A DNA stretch of 64,000 bases, from the NCBI GenBank assembly GCA_964589975.1, contig CAZPVH010000003.1, positions 5,608 to 69,607 on the forward strand, read 5' to 3'. Below, piece after piece: positions 20,003 through 29,585 of the stretch. Below the pieces are notes generated by a model. The model was not told the origin of the DNA and did not search any database. It worked only from the letters and a program-made list of their open reading frames with translations. How positions within the stretch are numbered: position 1 is the stretch's first letter; every line of letters begins with the position of its first letter. The DNA comes from an uncultured Candidatus Saccharibacteria bacterium. GTDB taxonomy: Bacteria > Patescibacteriota > Minisyncoccia > Phycocordibacterales > CSBR16-119. Position numbers and translations under genes: made by a program.

Positions 20003-21396
20003 TAAAACTCCAGTTCTACTACCTGATTCTGCTCCGGCACGATAGCCGTAACGCCCAAATTATCGTGAAGTTTCTGCGCCAAGAACATTGAAACGCGTGG
20101 TTCACCCATGACCACAAATGCTTTTTTGAGCGTGTCTTTAGTGCTTTCGATGAATTTAACCAAGTGAAACGAATCTTTGTGTCCGGAGAATCCTTGGATC
20201 ATCACGACTTTCGCTCGAACATGCACGCGCTCGAACATAATCATAACCTGGTCTCGGCCTTCTTGGAGCATGCGTCCTAGAGTTCCCGGCACCTGATAGC
20301 CAGTGAGGAGGAGCGTCGCATTCGGATCCCCCAAATAATTCTTTTCATGATGAAGAATCCTTCCGCCAGAAGACATCCCAGAGCCAGCCATGATGATCTT
20401 TGGACCCGGAACTTTTAAAATATTTATTGACTCTTGAGTAATTTCCGTCTCCTTGAGCCCCGGGAAGCTAAAAATGTTGTCTCCCTGACTGATCTGCATC
20501 CGGACTGTTTCTTTAAGGAGATTTAGATGCCTTCTAAATACATCTGTTATACGAATTGCGAGCGGAGAATCAAGGAATATCTTTATTTGTGGAATCTGCT
20601 TCGATTCGACGAAATTATTGAGTTCGTAGAGAAATTCTTGGGTGCGTTCAAGTGAAAAGATCGGCACCATCAAAACGCCCTTCTTGTTATATGTTTCGAG
20701 TATGACTTTTTTCAAATTCTCTTCCCTCTCTGCGCGCTGCTCGTGATTTCTGTCGCCATAAACCGACTCCATGACAATATATTTGGCGTCGGTAATTTCT
20801 TCCGTATCAGCCAAAAGTGGCGACGGCGAGTTTCCAAGGTCCCCTGTAAAGACAATCTTCGAGCCATTGTATGTTATTTCAGCCATGACAGACCCGAGGA
20901 TATGTCCGGCGTCTTTGAAAAATACCGACAATGGCCCGAGGTGAAAATCCTCGTGATACTCATGCGTTTCCCACATATGATCAATCTTGGAGAGCACAGA
21001 TGTTCCGTACATTTCGCCGAGATGATACTTCGGCGCGGATTTCGAGTTTGCCAAAATATGCGCGGTGTCTGCAAGCATGACAGCCGTCAGATCGCGTGTA
21101 GCCGCGGTTCCGATAATTCTGCCCTTGAAGCCCTCATAAACAAGCTTAGGAATGCGGCCGATGTGATCTTCGTGAGCGTGCGTGACGATCAGTGCATCGA
21201 TATCTGCCGGATTATATGGGAATGGCTCCCAGTTATCGAATTCGGCCAGATGCTCACCCTGAATAAGGCCACAGTCCACAAGAAGACGAAACGGCTTCTC
21301 CCCCGATTCCGGCATCGTTTCGAGCAAAAAATTTGCGCCGGTCACCCAGCCCGCGCCGCCCGCAAAAGTAAGTTTTAATTTCTTAACGATGGTCAT
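20002..21396 (-). CDS. MBL-fold beta-CASP metallo-hydrolase (RNase-like)
   Basis: LVDCG, THAHEDHIG, AGHILGS, FTGDLG, MESVYG, FSGH. Confidence 0.93.
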   Translation of the reverse strand: MTIVKKLKLTFAGGAGWVTGANFLLETMPESGEKPFRLLVDCGLIQGEHLAEFDNWEPFPYNPADIDALIVTHAHEDHIGRIPKLVYEGFKGRIIGTAATRDLTAVMLADTAHILANSKSAPKYHLGEMYGTSVLSKIDHMWETHEYHEDFHLGPLSVFFKDAGHILGSVMAEITYNGSKIVFTGDLGNSPSPLLADTEEITDAKYIVMESVYGDRNHEQRAEREENLKKVILETYNKKGVLMVPIFSLERTQEFLYELNNFVESKQIPQIKIFLDSPLAIRITDVFRRHLNLLKETVRMQISQGDNIFSFPGLKETEITQESINILKVPGPKIIMAGSGMSSGGRILHHEKNYLGDPNATLLLTGYQVPGTLGRMLQEGRDQVMIMFERVHVRAKVVMIQGFSGHKDSFHLVKFIESTKDTLKKAFVVMGEPRVSMFLAQKLHDNLGVTAIVPEQNQVVELEF

Positions 21397-21802
21397 AATT
21401 ATTTGATTTCAGATAATAATAGAACATGGCGAGCATGCTACCTAGCCAACCGAATAATATGTCGCTCAGTGAATCCTTAGGTGTAGCCAGAGCTCCTTCG
21501 ATATTGAAAAGGTGCTGGACAGAGAATTCCAATATTTCCCAAAGCACAGCAATTAAAACGAATATGAAACTATTCATGAGGAGCGCCTTCCAGAAATGAT
21601 TGTCTTCGCGCCAGATACCATAAGTTTTGTAGAAGACGAAGACCAAAAAGAATGTGACGACGATGCCGCCTAGAAAGTGCATGACCATATCGAACCAAAA
21701 GAAGCTCTGATACCAAAAGAAAAAGCTTGCCAGGGCGTTCAAAACGAATACGGCAAAAATCGAAAGGCCGAACTTCCGGAAAAAAGATTTGCGGATAGAC
21801 AT
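21383..21802 (-). CDS. Small 4-TM membrane protein (DUF2238/VanZ-like)
   Basis: WFDMVMHFLGG, LWEILEF, DSLSDI. Confidence 0.75.
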   Translation of the reverse strand: MSIRKSFFRKFGLSIFAVFVLNALASFFFWYQSFFWFDMVMHFLGGIVVTFFLVFVFYKTYGIWREDNHFWKALLMNSFIFVLIAVLWEILEFSVQHLFNIEGALATPKDSLSDILFGWLGSMLAMFYYYLKSNNYDHR

Positions 21803-21825
21803 GGCTTAATTCTACTAGGCTTCGA

Positions 21826-21988
21826 ACAAAAAGAAAAACCCTTCTGATGAAGAGTATCTCTTTACGGCTATCCATGATTATCCTAGCTTTTTTAAAAAAG
21901 TGGGTGCGATGCGGTGTGGACCACGGTCCGCCCCGACGGCTCGCTCCCCTAGGATTAATGTTCTAGATAATTCGGGATAACCGTAACC
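21826..21988 (-). ncRNA. Candidate 6S-like RNA
   Basis: Extended -10 (TGGTAAAAT), 12-bp closing stem, central bubble, GC-rich apical stem, terminator with U-tract. Confidence 0.55.
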
Positions 21989-22065
21989 ACATTTTACCAG
22001 ATTTATAGAAATGCAAATACTAGACAAAAATTGATTAGAGAGTATAGTTTGGGAAAATAAAAAGC

Positions 22066-22179
22066 ATGCTAGAGCAAGCATTCATTTACATAGGCATAGG
22101 TCTGCTCGTCTCACTACTAATAGTGAGGTTCGCATATCTATCGGTGATGGACATACCAAAACCCAAGAAGTTCTTCTGA
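22066..22179 (+). CDS. 37-aa single-TM small protein (below the ORF track cutoff)
   Basis: MLEQAFIYIGIGLLVSLLIVRFAYLSVMDIPKPKKFF; promoter TAGACA-16-TATAGT; hairpin follows. Confidence 0.65.
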   Translation: MLEQAFIYIGIGLLVSLLIVRFAYLSVMDIPKPKKFF

Positions 22180-22224
22180 AGCAAAACCCCCGTTGAACGG
22201 GGGCCTTCGCTTTTATACTTTTAT

Positions 22225-22707
22225 TTACTGAGGAAAGTGATCGGCGTAAACGAAGGCCTGATCAATCTTTTCATACGAGAATAATTCGTCCTCACCGAAG
22301 AATCGGTTTACCTCATCAATCCCATTTTGAACAGAGTCTGATGCGTGAACAACATTGGACTGAATAGACATGGCCAAATCTCCACGAATGGTGCCTCCTG
22401 GAGCCTCAAATGACTTAGTAGGACCAACTATGATTCGCACAGCATCAACAGCACCAATACCAGAAAGTGCCATAACAACAACCGGAGCAGACTTCATGAA
22501 AGTCTTTATGCCGGCAAAGAAAGGTTTGTCTTTTATGTGCTTATAGTGATCCTCGAGAAGCACGTCTTCGAGCGTCAGCATCTTCATGCCGTTGATCTTG
22601 AGACCCTTTCGCTCGAATCGGCCAATGATCTCGCCTACCAGGTTACGCTGGATGGCGTCAGGCTTCATGATGATAAGGACTTTCTCGTTTTTCGGATGAG
22701 TATTCAT
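22225..22707 (-). CDS. ndk: Nucleoside diphosphate kinase
   Basis: KPDAIQR, GTIRGD, NVVHASDS. Confidence 0.97.
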   Translation of the reverse strand: MNTHPKNEKVLIIMKPDAIQRNLVGEIIGRFERKGLKINGMKMLTLEDVLLEDHYKHIKDKPFFAGIKTFMKSAPVVVMALSGIGAVDAVRIIVGPTKSFEAPGGTIRGDLAMSIQSNVVHASDSVQNGIDEVNRFFGEDELFSYEKIDQAFVYADHFPQ

Positions 22708-22817
22708 AATTATTGATTGAATTTTAATAGCTGTATATTAGCATTTGATACGTGATTATATTTATTGACAAAATGAAAATAATTGGTAATATCAGATAAA
22801 CACAAACCCATAGCACC

Positions 22818-23318
22818 ATGAAGAAAATTTTTGCTCTCACGTCACTGTGTGTCCTTTTGGCCCACAGCGGCTTCTGTCAAAGCGGCATCAAGTATCCCGA
22901 CTGCAAGACTGGCGGGGCGGGCGGCTCGCTTATGGTATACGACGACAAGCTCGACGGGACGCTGGGCCATCATCCTTGGATGACCCTCCAAGAAGGCAGT
23001 TCCTGCGGCGAGGTCCTCATGGTCGTTGAGGGTGAGGTTGATTCCTGCGCGGTCTATACCTTGAACGATGTTGCCGGACGAACAGCAACGAACGGACGAA
23101 CCCTCCTCTGGGAAGGCAACGCTTACGACAAGGGCACGTTCATGACGCTCTTCCGAGGCATTGTGCCAAAGGACTATGTCCGCATCGAACAAGAAGTGAT
23201 GACGGACGGAATCTTCGGCGGGAAAAATCCGCCGAAAGCCATCCACCTCATCATCGGCACGGCCAAAGGAGAGTCGGTGATGGTCGTTTCCGCCTGCAAG
23301 TGCATGAGCGAAAACTAA
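22818..23318 (+). CDS. Secreted orphan protein (signal peptide, Gln at +1)
   Basis: MKKIFALTSLCVLLAHSGFC-Q; own promoter and terminator. Confidence 0.75.
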   Translation: MKKIFALTSLCVLLAHSGFCQSGIKYPDCKTGGAGGSLMVYDDKLDGTLGHHPWMTLQEGSSCGEVLMVVEGEVDSCAVYTLNDVAGRTATNGRTLLWEGNAYDKGTFMTLFRGIVPKDYVRIEQEVMTDGIFGGKNPPKAIHLIIGTAKGESVMVVSACKCMSEN

Positions 23319-23321
23319 GAC

Positions 23322-23352
23322 AAGAGCGCTGTTCGAAAGAACGGCGCTCTTT
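23322..23352. terminator. Intrinsic terminator
   Basis: AAGAGCGCTGTTC-gaaa-GAACGGCGCTCTT. Confidence 0.85.
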
Positions 23353-23399
23353 TATATTTTTATAAACTTATCCATCACTTCCTTCTCTACTTCATCTCT
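23352..23399 (-). repeat. Orphan duplicate of the last 16 codons of the 909-aa ATPase gene
   Basis: 45/48 nt identical to 24610-24657. Confidence 0.9.
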
Positions 23400-23489
23400 T
23401 TGCCAGCCTCATTAATGAAGGTAGATTTAGTAATCATTGACAAATTACCAACATTGTGCTACCATATACGCAGACCAAAAACGAAACAC

Positions 23490-23975
23490 ATGAAAACCTT
23501 CACAACCATACTGTTGACAGTCTTCTGTCTCTTCACAAGTCGCGCCACGGCCCAAACGGGCTCGATCAGATCCCTCTTGGAAAAGAACGGTTTTGAGTGG
23601 CAATCAAGCCTTGCCCAACCAAGCGATTTCGACAACGAGAGCGACCTGGGCGCACAAACCGAGGTTACGAAACTGAAACGAGAAGAAGATGAGAAAGTGA
23701 CGACAACCGGCGTCCTGAGTTTAATCGATACGCTCAATTTCACACCGCTCAGCCTGAAAGAGTCACTTCAATACCGTGAGGACACCTACATACCCGACAT
23801 CATTGATGTTTATCACGAAAGAACGGTTGTGTTTTTCGGTTCAAGTGTTCAGGTTAGAGGGAAAACCTACTACCCAATACTACGTTGGCAGGAAGGAAGC
23901 AAGAAAGGAATAGTCACGATGACAGACAATCCTTTCTGCTGCAAAGAAGAGGTGGACATTGTAGTGAAACACTGA
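23490..23975 (+). CDS. Secreted orphan protein (signal peptide, Gln at +1)
   Basis: MKTFTTILLTVFCLFTSRATA-Q; TTGACA promoter; terminator 23983-24010. Confidence 0.75.
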   Translation: MKTFTTILLTVFCLFTSRATAQTGSIRSLLEKNGFEWQSSLAQPSDFDNESDLGAQTEVTKLKREEDEKVTTTGVLSLIDTLNFTPLSLKESLQYREDTYIPDIIDVYHERTVVFFGSSVQVRGKTYYPILRWQEGSKKGIVTMTDNPFCCKEEVDIVVKH

Positions 23976-24103
23976 AGAATGCGCGCCAGCCACGACAACG
24001 TGGCTGGCGTTTACTTTTTATCTATTGTTTTACACTTGCGTAAGCGGCCGGACTACACTACCATTGTAGTTATTAATAAGAGAAAGACGCTTTTTAAAAA
24101 TAT

Positions 24104-24559
24104 ATGAATACTAAAATCGTAGGGGGTCTATTGGCTCTAGTGCTAATTGTTCAAGTGGTGCTGGTCGGAGCAGGAACAAAGATGTCGGAAAAGATTAGCA
24201 GTATAAATGTTCAACAAGCTTCTATAATTTCTAAGGTTGATCAGGTGGCAGCGCTTGGCGCAAGCGGGGTCCTCAATCCTGGACCAACACCTGGAGGAAT
24301 TACAATCATAACCTATTATCTTTACAATAGGTGCACAGTTACAACCTATTCAGATGCTGGCACCCCTAGCACGTCTCAGGGCTATACGGTTAGTACTCCA
24401 AGCGGTCAGGGCTGTGACACATCTGGACCTCAATCTGCAACGGCAGGCACAGGCACAGGTATAACAAATAATATTGTTCCCCTTAGAGACGGCGGGGTAA
24501 GCATAAGAAATTCATCTGACATAGTAAGTACTGAAATAAAGTTTATTAAGTCACGTTAA
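24104..24559 (+). CDS. Membrane-anchored G/T/S-rich hypothetical protein
   Basis: N-terminal TM, short coil, two Cys; terminator 24572-24606. Confidence 0.7.
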   Translation: MNTKIVGGLLALVLIVQVVLVGAGTKMSEKISSINVQQASIISKVDQVAALGASGVLNPGPTPGGITIITYYLYNRCTVTTYSDAGTPSTSQGYTVSTPSGQGCDTSGPQSATAGTGTGITNNIVPLRDGGVSIRNSSDIVSTEIKFIKSR

Positions 24560-24609
24560 AAGAAATACATATAAAAGACCTCTTTATCATAAAAGAGGTC
24601 TTTTATTTT

Positions 24610-27339
24610 TTATATCTTCATAAACTTATCCATCACTTCCTTCTCTACCTCATCTCTCGGTCGTCCATACTTGAGGAATGAAAGTTCTTTGAGAGAGTCG
24701 ACAATATCTGGATTTCCTGCTGGTAAGTCTTGTGTACGAATATTGAATGGCTTAACTGGCGTACCGTCGACGAGCATGGACACATACGCATTACGGTTAT
24801 CTAGCTTCATGATGTCTTGAACGGTAAAGACTGGGTCCAAACGCTTCTGCAAAATCTCCGCATCTTCGGAACTAATACGGAATATTGCCATCGAACCAAC
24901 GTTACCGAGTACGGCATTTCGAATATCGTCCGAGAGTTGTGACAAATACTGGTGGGCAACATTAAGACCGAGCTTGTATTTTCGTGCTTCAGAGAGAATC
25001 GAAGAAATAGATGGGGTGGTGAAATTCTGAAACTCGTCTATGTAGAGATAAAACGGTGGAAAATTTGCGCCGTGCGAGTCGGCACGAGAAAGTGCTGCCA
25101 TTTGGATCTTTCCTACCAGAATGAGACCTAAGAGGTTTGCATTGATATCTCCAAGTCTTCCCTTCGAAAGGTTTACCAGTAAGATTTTCTTGTTATCAAT
25201 AATCTCGCGGAAATTAAAGCTTGATTTCTCCTGAGCGATAATTGGACGCATAATTTCGTTAGAAATAAATGTGTCGAATTTGGACGTAATATACGGAACG
25301 AAGTTCTCTAGTCCTTGCTCACCTGTAGTCGCTTCAGCGGTTTTCCAGAATTGCTTGATGATTGGGTTCGTACAACGTTCTAGCTTCATATCACGGAATT
25401 TCTTGTCAGAGAGAACACGACCAATTTCAAGAATAGTATTACCTGTGGACGGATCAGACATCACAAGTCCGGCAGAATTCTTGAAATACTGCTCGAAAAG
25501 TGGTCCACCGGCGGTCTTCATATCAAAGAGCTGACTAAAAATACCGAGGAGTTCGTTAATCACAAGCGTCTTCTGTTCCGGACGCTCTGGATCAAACTCG
25601 AGCATATTGAGGCCCATTGGCCGCGCAGTTGAGGCTGGATCGAAATAAATGACGTCATCAATGCGATGTTTTGGGATATAAGAAAGGATTTTCTGGATGT
25701 CGGATCCGTGTGGATCTATGTAGCAAACACCGTCACCCCGCTCGATATCCTGACGAATCATGTTCATCATAATACCGGTCTTACCAGTTCCAGTCTGGCC
25801 GATAACATAAAAATGCCTCATGCGATCGAGCTCCTGGAGGTAAATATCGGTATCAACTCCGCGATGCGTGTTGATACCGATTTGAACGCCGCCACCAACC
25901 ATATTGAGCGGCGCAGACGCGGAACCTGCTTTTGACTCTTTGAGCTCTGGTGAAGACGCAAGACCTACCGGGAAATGCACGAGCGTCGAGAGTTCTTTGA
26001 AATTGAGCGGCAAGGCCGAAGCTTCGGTCGGCAGGCGGAATGAAAATGAATGGAGAAACTGATCCAAATGCTTGTCGTCGACCTTTTTAAACTTGAGACT
26101 GTTTGAGCTTGGCTTCTCGAACTGAGAGAACGCCGATTCAATGTTTGCAATTATCTCGCCTGTTCGAATGGCGCTATCTGACGAAGCCACGACACGGATA
26201 TTCGCCAGCATGATGGTCGACTTGATCTTCTCGGTAATATTTTCGACAGCTTTGTCGTCGATATCCTTTTCTTCCTTCTCTTCTGTCTTCTTGGGTCCTT
26301 TCCAAAGCATTGTTCCAAAGCTCTTTAGCTCTTTCTTTACGTCGCCAAACTCATCCAATATATGCTTAAGTTTTTCGCCTTTTTTCACCTTATCAAGATA
26401 TCCGGAGAATTTCTTAATGTATCTGTCCCCCGCCGGCATGATGACGAACTGGAGCGCCGCGCCTTCTTTCGTTTTATCAAGCTTCGAGAAGGCGTTCAGG
26501 ATCGTATTCATCGGATCATGATCAAACTCATCGTGAGTTTTGAGTGGAAACACCTCATGATCGCCAAACTCTGCCGATGCCGCCATAATCGAGCCGCCTG
26601 AGTTAAAGACATTGTAATCATTCGTAACTTCGGTGATCTTTGCATTCTTGTAAAATGACAGTATCTGTTTTTCAAGCAGAGTTTTTCGATCTTTTGGAAT
26701 GGAGACATAAAAAACGATTTCCGGTGAATCATGTGATACGGCAATCTCAATTGTGAAATATTGCTTATATTTATTATTCTCCCCATTCGATATGGTCTGC
26801 ATACCGGCATAAAACTGTTCCATAGCGGAAAGAAATTCTTTGAAAGTTTTTTCTTTCTCTTCTGAAGCTGGCAGAGTTACTTCAAAAAGCGCGAGGTTGA
26901 GAGATTTCCATTCTGGCGAACTCTCGGAGAGCCCGGGGACTTGATGAGAAGTGTGGAGGAACTGAATCAAGAATCTGTGAAAGTCGTCCTCAAGATGCGG
27001 ATTATGCATACGGGAAACGATATCCATGGTGTTTTTTATACCGTGCTCTAGGAGTAGGCCATAAAGCTCTTCGATTTGACTATCATGTTCTTCTGGCTTG
27101 AGGGCCAGGACCATGCTTTCGGCCTCTTTCTCTGGCACACGGTAGCTTTCATGAAGCACTTCGGCTGAGTCGGCTTTTTTGTACGCGGAAAGCGTCTCAT
27201 GAGTCACTTCTTCGCGAGATTTTTCAAGCTTAGCACCAGCGTTCACTCTCTCTTGTTCGGCAACTTTCTCGCGCAAATAAGCGAGCTCCTCTTCAGGAGT
27301 CTTGAACGCGCCTTTTTCCATGATCTGAGCCCCTTCCAT
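24610..27339 (-). CDS. VirD4/TraD/HerA-like ATPase (type IV coupling protein-like)
   Basis: HFYVIGQTGTGKT, IDPHG, LYIDEFQNF, EARKYKL...AHQYLSQL. Confidence 0.9.
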   Translation of the reverse strand: MEGAQIMEKGAFKTPEEELAYLREKVAEQERVNAGAKLEKSREEVTHETLSAYKKADSAEVLHESYRVPEKEAESMVLALKPEEHDSQIEELYGLLLEHGIKNTMDIVSRMHNPHLEDDFHRFLIQFLHTSHQVPGLSESSPEWKSLNLALFEVTLPASEEKEKTFKEFLSAMEQFYAGMQTISNGENNKYKQYFTIEIAVSHDSPEIVFYVSIPKDRKTLLEKQILSFYKNAKITEVTNDYNVFNSGGSIMAASAEFGDHEVFPLKTHDEFDHDPMNTILNAFSKLDKTKEGAALQFVIMPAGDRYIKKFSGYLDKVKKGEKLKHILDEFGDVKKELKSFGTMLWKGPKKTEEKEEKDIDDKAVENITEKIKSTIMLANIRVVASSDSAIRTGEIIANIESAFSQFEKPSSNSLKFKKVDDKHLDQFLHSFSFRLPTEASALPLNFKELSTLVHFPVGLASSPELKESKAGSASAPLNMVGGGVQIGINTHRGVDTDIYLQELDRMRHFYVIGQTGTGKTGIMMNMIRQDIERGDGVCYIDPHGSDIQKILSYIPKHRIDDVIYFDPASTARPMGLNMLEFDPERPEQKTLVINELLGIFSQLFDMKTAGGPLFEQYFKNSAGLVMSDPSTGNTILEIGRVLSDKKFRDMKLERCTNPIIKQFWKTAEATTGEQGLENFVPYITSKFDTFISNEIMRPIIAQEKSSFNFREIIDNKKILLVNLSKGRLGDINANLLGLILVGKIQMAALSRADSHGANFPPFYLYIDEFQNFTTPSISSILSEARKYKLGLNVAHQYLSQLSDDIRNAVLGNVGSMAIFRISSEDAEILQKRLDPVFTVQDIMKLDNRNAYVSMLVDGTPVKPFNIRTQDLPAGNPDIVDSLKELSFLKYGRPRDEVEKEVMDKFMKI

Positions 27340-27453
27340 CCCGTTAGTGACAGGTCGCGGTCGTCATTCCGCCACCAGCAATTAAATTTATAATCTTGGT
27401 CATAGTTTCTTACATATGCATTTTACCCGCACGCGACCGCGGTCACTAACGGG
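27340..27453. mobile_element. 114-bp MITE-like element at the ATPase start codon
   Basis: Terminal IR CCCGTTAGTGAC...GTCACTAACGGG flanked by TTCCAT/ATCCAT. Confidence 0.75.
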
Positions 27454-27558
27454 ATCCATATGGATAATATTGTAACATGAAAGAAAAAGACCCTTGTTGC
27501 CAAGCAAAGCGAAAGAGCCGGCAGAACCGGCTCTTAAGTAAACTTCTTACACAGGCCT

Positions 27559-27795
27559 TTACGATTTCGACAAGCTTTCAGGGGAATACCATTCGGGAAC
27601 AGTACTCCAATTGTCGTCCATAAGCACAGGAACGTAGCGCTTATCCATCGGCGTTTTTGTCTCAACCAGCGAGACAGCCACGACCCGACCTTTGCGATGG
27701 CCCACTTTCACAAGTTCGCCAGCTGTGAATTCTCCGAACTTGAAAGCCATTTCTTGAACCTTAACGCCAGTAGCATTTTCCGTGGCTGTTGCCAT
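27559..27795 (-). CDS. Small orphan protein (78 aa)
   Basis: TTGACA-16-TATAAT promoter, A/C-rich leader, terminator 27513-27535. Confidence 0.7.
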   Translation of the reverse strand: MATATENATGVKVQEMAFKFGEFTAGELVKVGHRKGRVVAVSLVETKTPMDKRYVPVLMDDNWSTVPEWYSPESLSKS

Positions 27796-27829
27796 GAGTT
27801 CTTGTTTTTCGAGATTATAGAGAAAGACC

Positions 27830-28594
27830 CTACTTTGTCAATACGATAGGACCCTTCTCGGTTATGGCGACAGTATGTTCAAAGTGGGCTGAGAGTGATG
27901 CGTCGTCGGTGATATATGTGTATTCGTCATCTGTCACACAGACTTCCCCGCTTCCGATGTTAAGCATCGGCTCAATCGCTATAACCATGCCAACGACAAG
28001 CTTCTCACCACTGCCAGCCTTACCATAGTTCGGCACACAAGGATCTTCGTGCACGCTGTAACCAACACCGTGACCAGAAAGAATTTTTACAATTCCATAA
28101 CCTAGAGGCTTCACAAAAGATTCAACAGCGTGGCCGATGTCGCCCGTGGTGTTCCCCACTTTCGCTGCTTTGACCGCGCGCTCCAGAGCTTCGCGCGTCG
28201 CTTTCATGAGCGCCGTTGCTTCTTTTGAAACTTTTCCAACCGGAACAGTGATGGCGCCGTCGGTAATGAGACCTTTATGAACAAGCCCGAGGTCGAGTGA
28301 AACAATATCTCCTTCTTCGAGTAAAACGTCTTTATTCGGAATCCCGTGCACCACTTCGTCATTTATGGAAACGCAGAGTGCCGCCGGATACGGATATGAG
28401 ACCCCTTCGGGTGTGTAATTGAGAAATGCCGGCTTATCTCCTCCTTCTTTGATGAGTTTTCTAGCCAAGATGTCTAGCGCTTTTGTCGAGACGCCGGGTA
28501 AGGCCGCTTTTGCGACTTCACGAAGAATAGCGGCATGGCGTCGGCCGCCTTCTTTCATCGTCTCTATTTCTTTTTCTGACTTCAGCCTGATCAT
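27830..28594 (-). CDS. map: Methionine aminopeptidase type I
   Basis: CVSINDEVVHGIP, DLG...DGA, GHGVG..VHEDP, AIEPM, SAHFEHT. Confidence 0.97.
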   Translation of the reverse strand: MIRLKSEKEIETMKEGGRRHAAILREVAKAALPGVSTKALDILARKLIKEGGDKPAFLNYTPEGVSYPYPAALCVSINDEVVHGIPNKDVLLEEGDIVSLDLGLVHKGLITDGAITVPVGKVSKEATALMKATREALERAVKAAKVGNTTGDIGHAVESFVKPLGYGIVKILSGHGVGYSVHEDPCVPNYGKAGSGEKLVVGMVIAIEPMLNIGSGEVCVTDDEYTYITDDASLSAHFEHTVAITEKGPIVLTK

Positions 28595-28598
28595 CGGA

Positions 28599-29189
28599 CT
28601 ATTTTATAGCTTCAACTTTTGCAATGATTTCTTTATGTACGTCTTCTATAGATTGCTCGCCGTTTATCTCGTAGAAATCATAATCCTTGTTGTCATAGAA
28701 GTACGCCATGGCTGGCACAACATTCCAGTCGAACCATGAAAGACGAGACTTGATGTACTCATCGGAGTCATCACTTCGTCCGCGCGACTTCAATCGGTCA
28801 AACGACCATTGGTCCGATGTCTTAATAAAGAAAACAATCGGTTTGCTGAGTTTGAAGAATTTTACGGCGGAGTCGAGGACCGGGGCCTCATCAGGGCGGC
28901 GACAAAGACCGTCGAGGATAAGATCGCGCTTGCCGTCGAATTTGTTTACCAAGTCCCCTGTCCAAAGCCAGATCGGGAGGAAAACCGGCATAAGTCCGCC
29001 ATGAGAGAGAACCTCTTTTGTCATCTGGGCGGAGTAATTTGACTGATCGATAAAGTTCCTGAATTTCTGTCCGGTTTCTATATAAATAGGCTCAACCCCC
29101 TTTTTATCAAGGATATATTTTTTCAGCATTTCAGCCTGAGTGCCCTTGCCGGAGCCGGAACGGCCGAAGAAGATGAATGTTTGTTGCAT
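28599..29189 (-). CDS. adk: Adenylate kinase-family nucleoside monophosphate kinase
   Basis: GRSGSGKGTQA, ILDG..R, RGRSDD; adjacent to map. Confidence 0.85.
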   Translation of the reverse strand: MQQTFIFFGRSGSGKGTQAEMLKKYILDKKGVEPIYIETGQKFRNFIDQSNYSAQMTKEVLSHGGLMPVFLPIWLWTGDLVNKFDGKRDLILDGLCRRPDEAPVLDSAVKFFKLSKPIVFFIKTSDQWSFDRLKSRGRSDDSDEYIKSRLSWFDWNVVPAMAYFYDNKDYDFYEINGEQSIEDVHKEIIAKVEAIK

Positions 29190-29241
29190 ACGGCTGATTA
29201 TAGCGGAAAAGGGCTAAAAACAAAGTGGCTTAAATATCAAG

Positions 29242-29273
29242 GAAAATGCCCCTCCGCAAGGAGGGGCATTTTC
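29242..29273. terminator. Intrinsic terminator of rpsF-ssb-rpsR
   Basis: GAAAATGCCCCTCC-gcaa-GGAGGGGCATTTTC. Confidence 0.85.
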
Positions 29274-29288
29274 TTAAATCATCTTTTG

Positions 29289-29370
29289 GTGGAGCAACAT
29301 GCCCATTTTAGAATCCGAGGACCTAGCGTAGCGATCCCGCAGGATTATAAAATGGGCAAATTGCGGAGCG
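29289..29370. repeat. Structured palindromic element, copy B
   Basis: 17-bp arms around ATCC-GAGGACCTA-GCGTAGC-GATCCCGCA-GGAT. Confidence 0.9.
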
Positions 29371-29374
29371 TTCG

Positions 29375-29575
29375 CTATTCAGCGACGAATGGAAGGAGTC
29401 CCATGATCCTGGCGCGTTTGACGGCGAGAGAGACTTTCTTCTGATTCTTTGAAGAGAGCTTGGTCTTTCGCTTACCCATGAGGCGTGCAGAAGCATCCAA
29501 GAACTGCTTCAGAATCGCAGTGTCCTTGTAGTCGATATGCTTTATATTGTTCGATGAGAAATAATCTTGCTGCAT
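29375..29575 (-). CDS. rpsR: 30S ribosomal protein S18
   Basis: IDYKD...LKQF, NQKKVSLAVKRARIMGLLPF. Confidence 0.97.
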   Translation of the reverse strand: MQQDYFSSNNIKHIDYKDTAILKQFLDASARLMGKRKTKLSSKNQKKVSLAVKRARIMGLLPFVAE

Positions 29576-29585
29576 AAATTAATAT

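Noticed and set aside
21570-22081. ORFs 21570-21875 and 21878-22081
   Set aside because: They overlap the candidate RNA, its terminator and better-supported genes; no protein features
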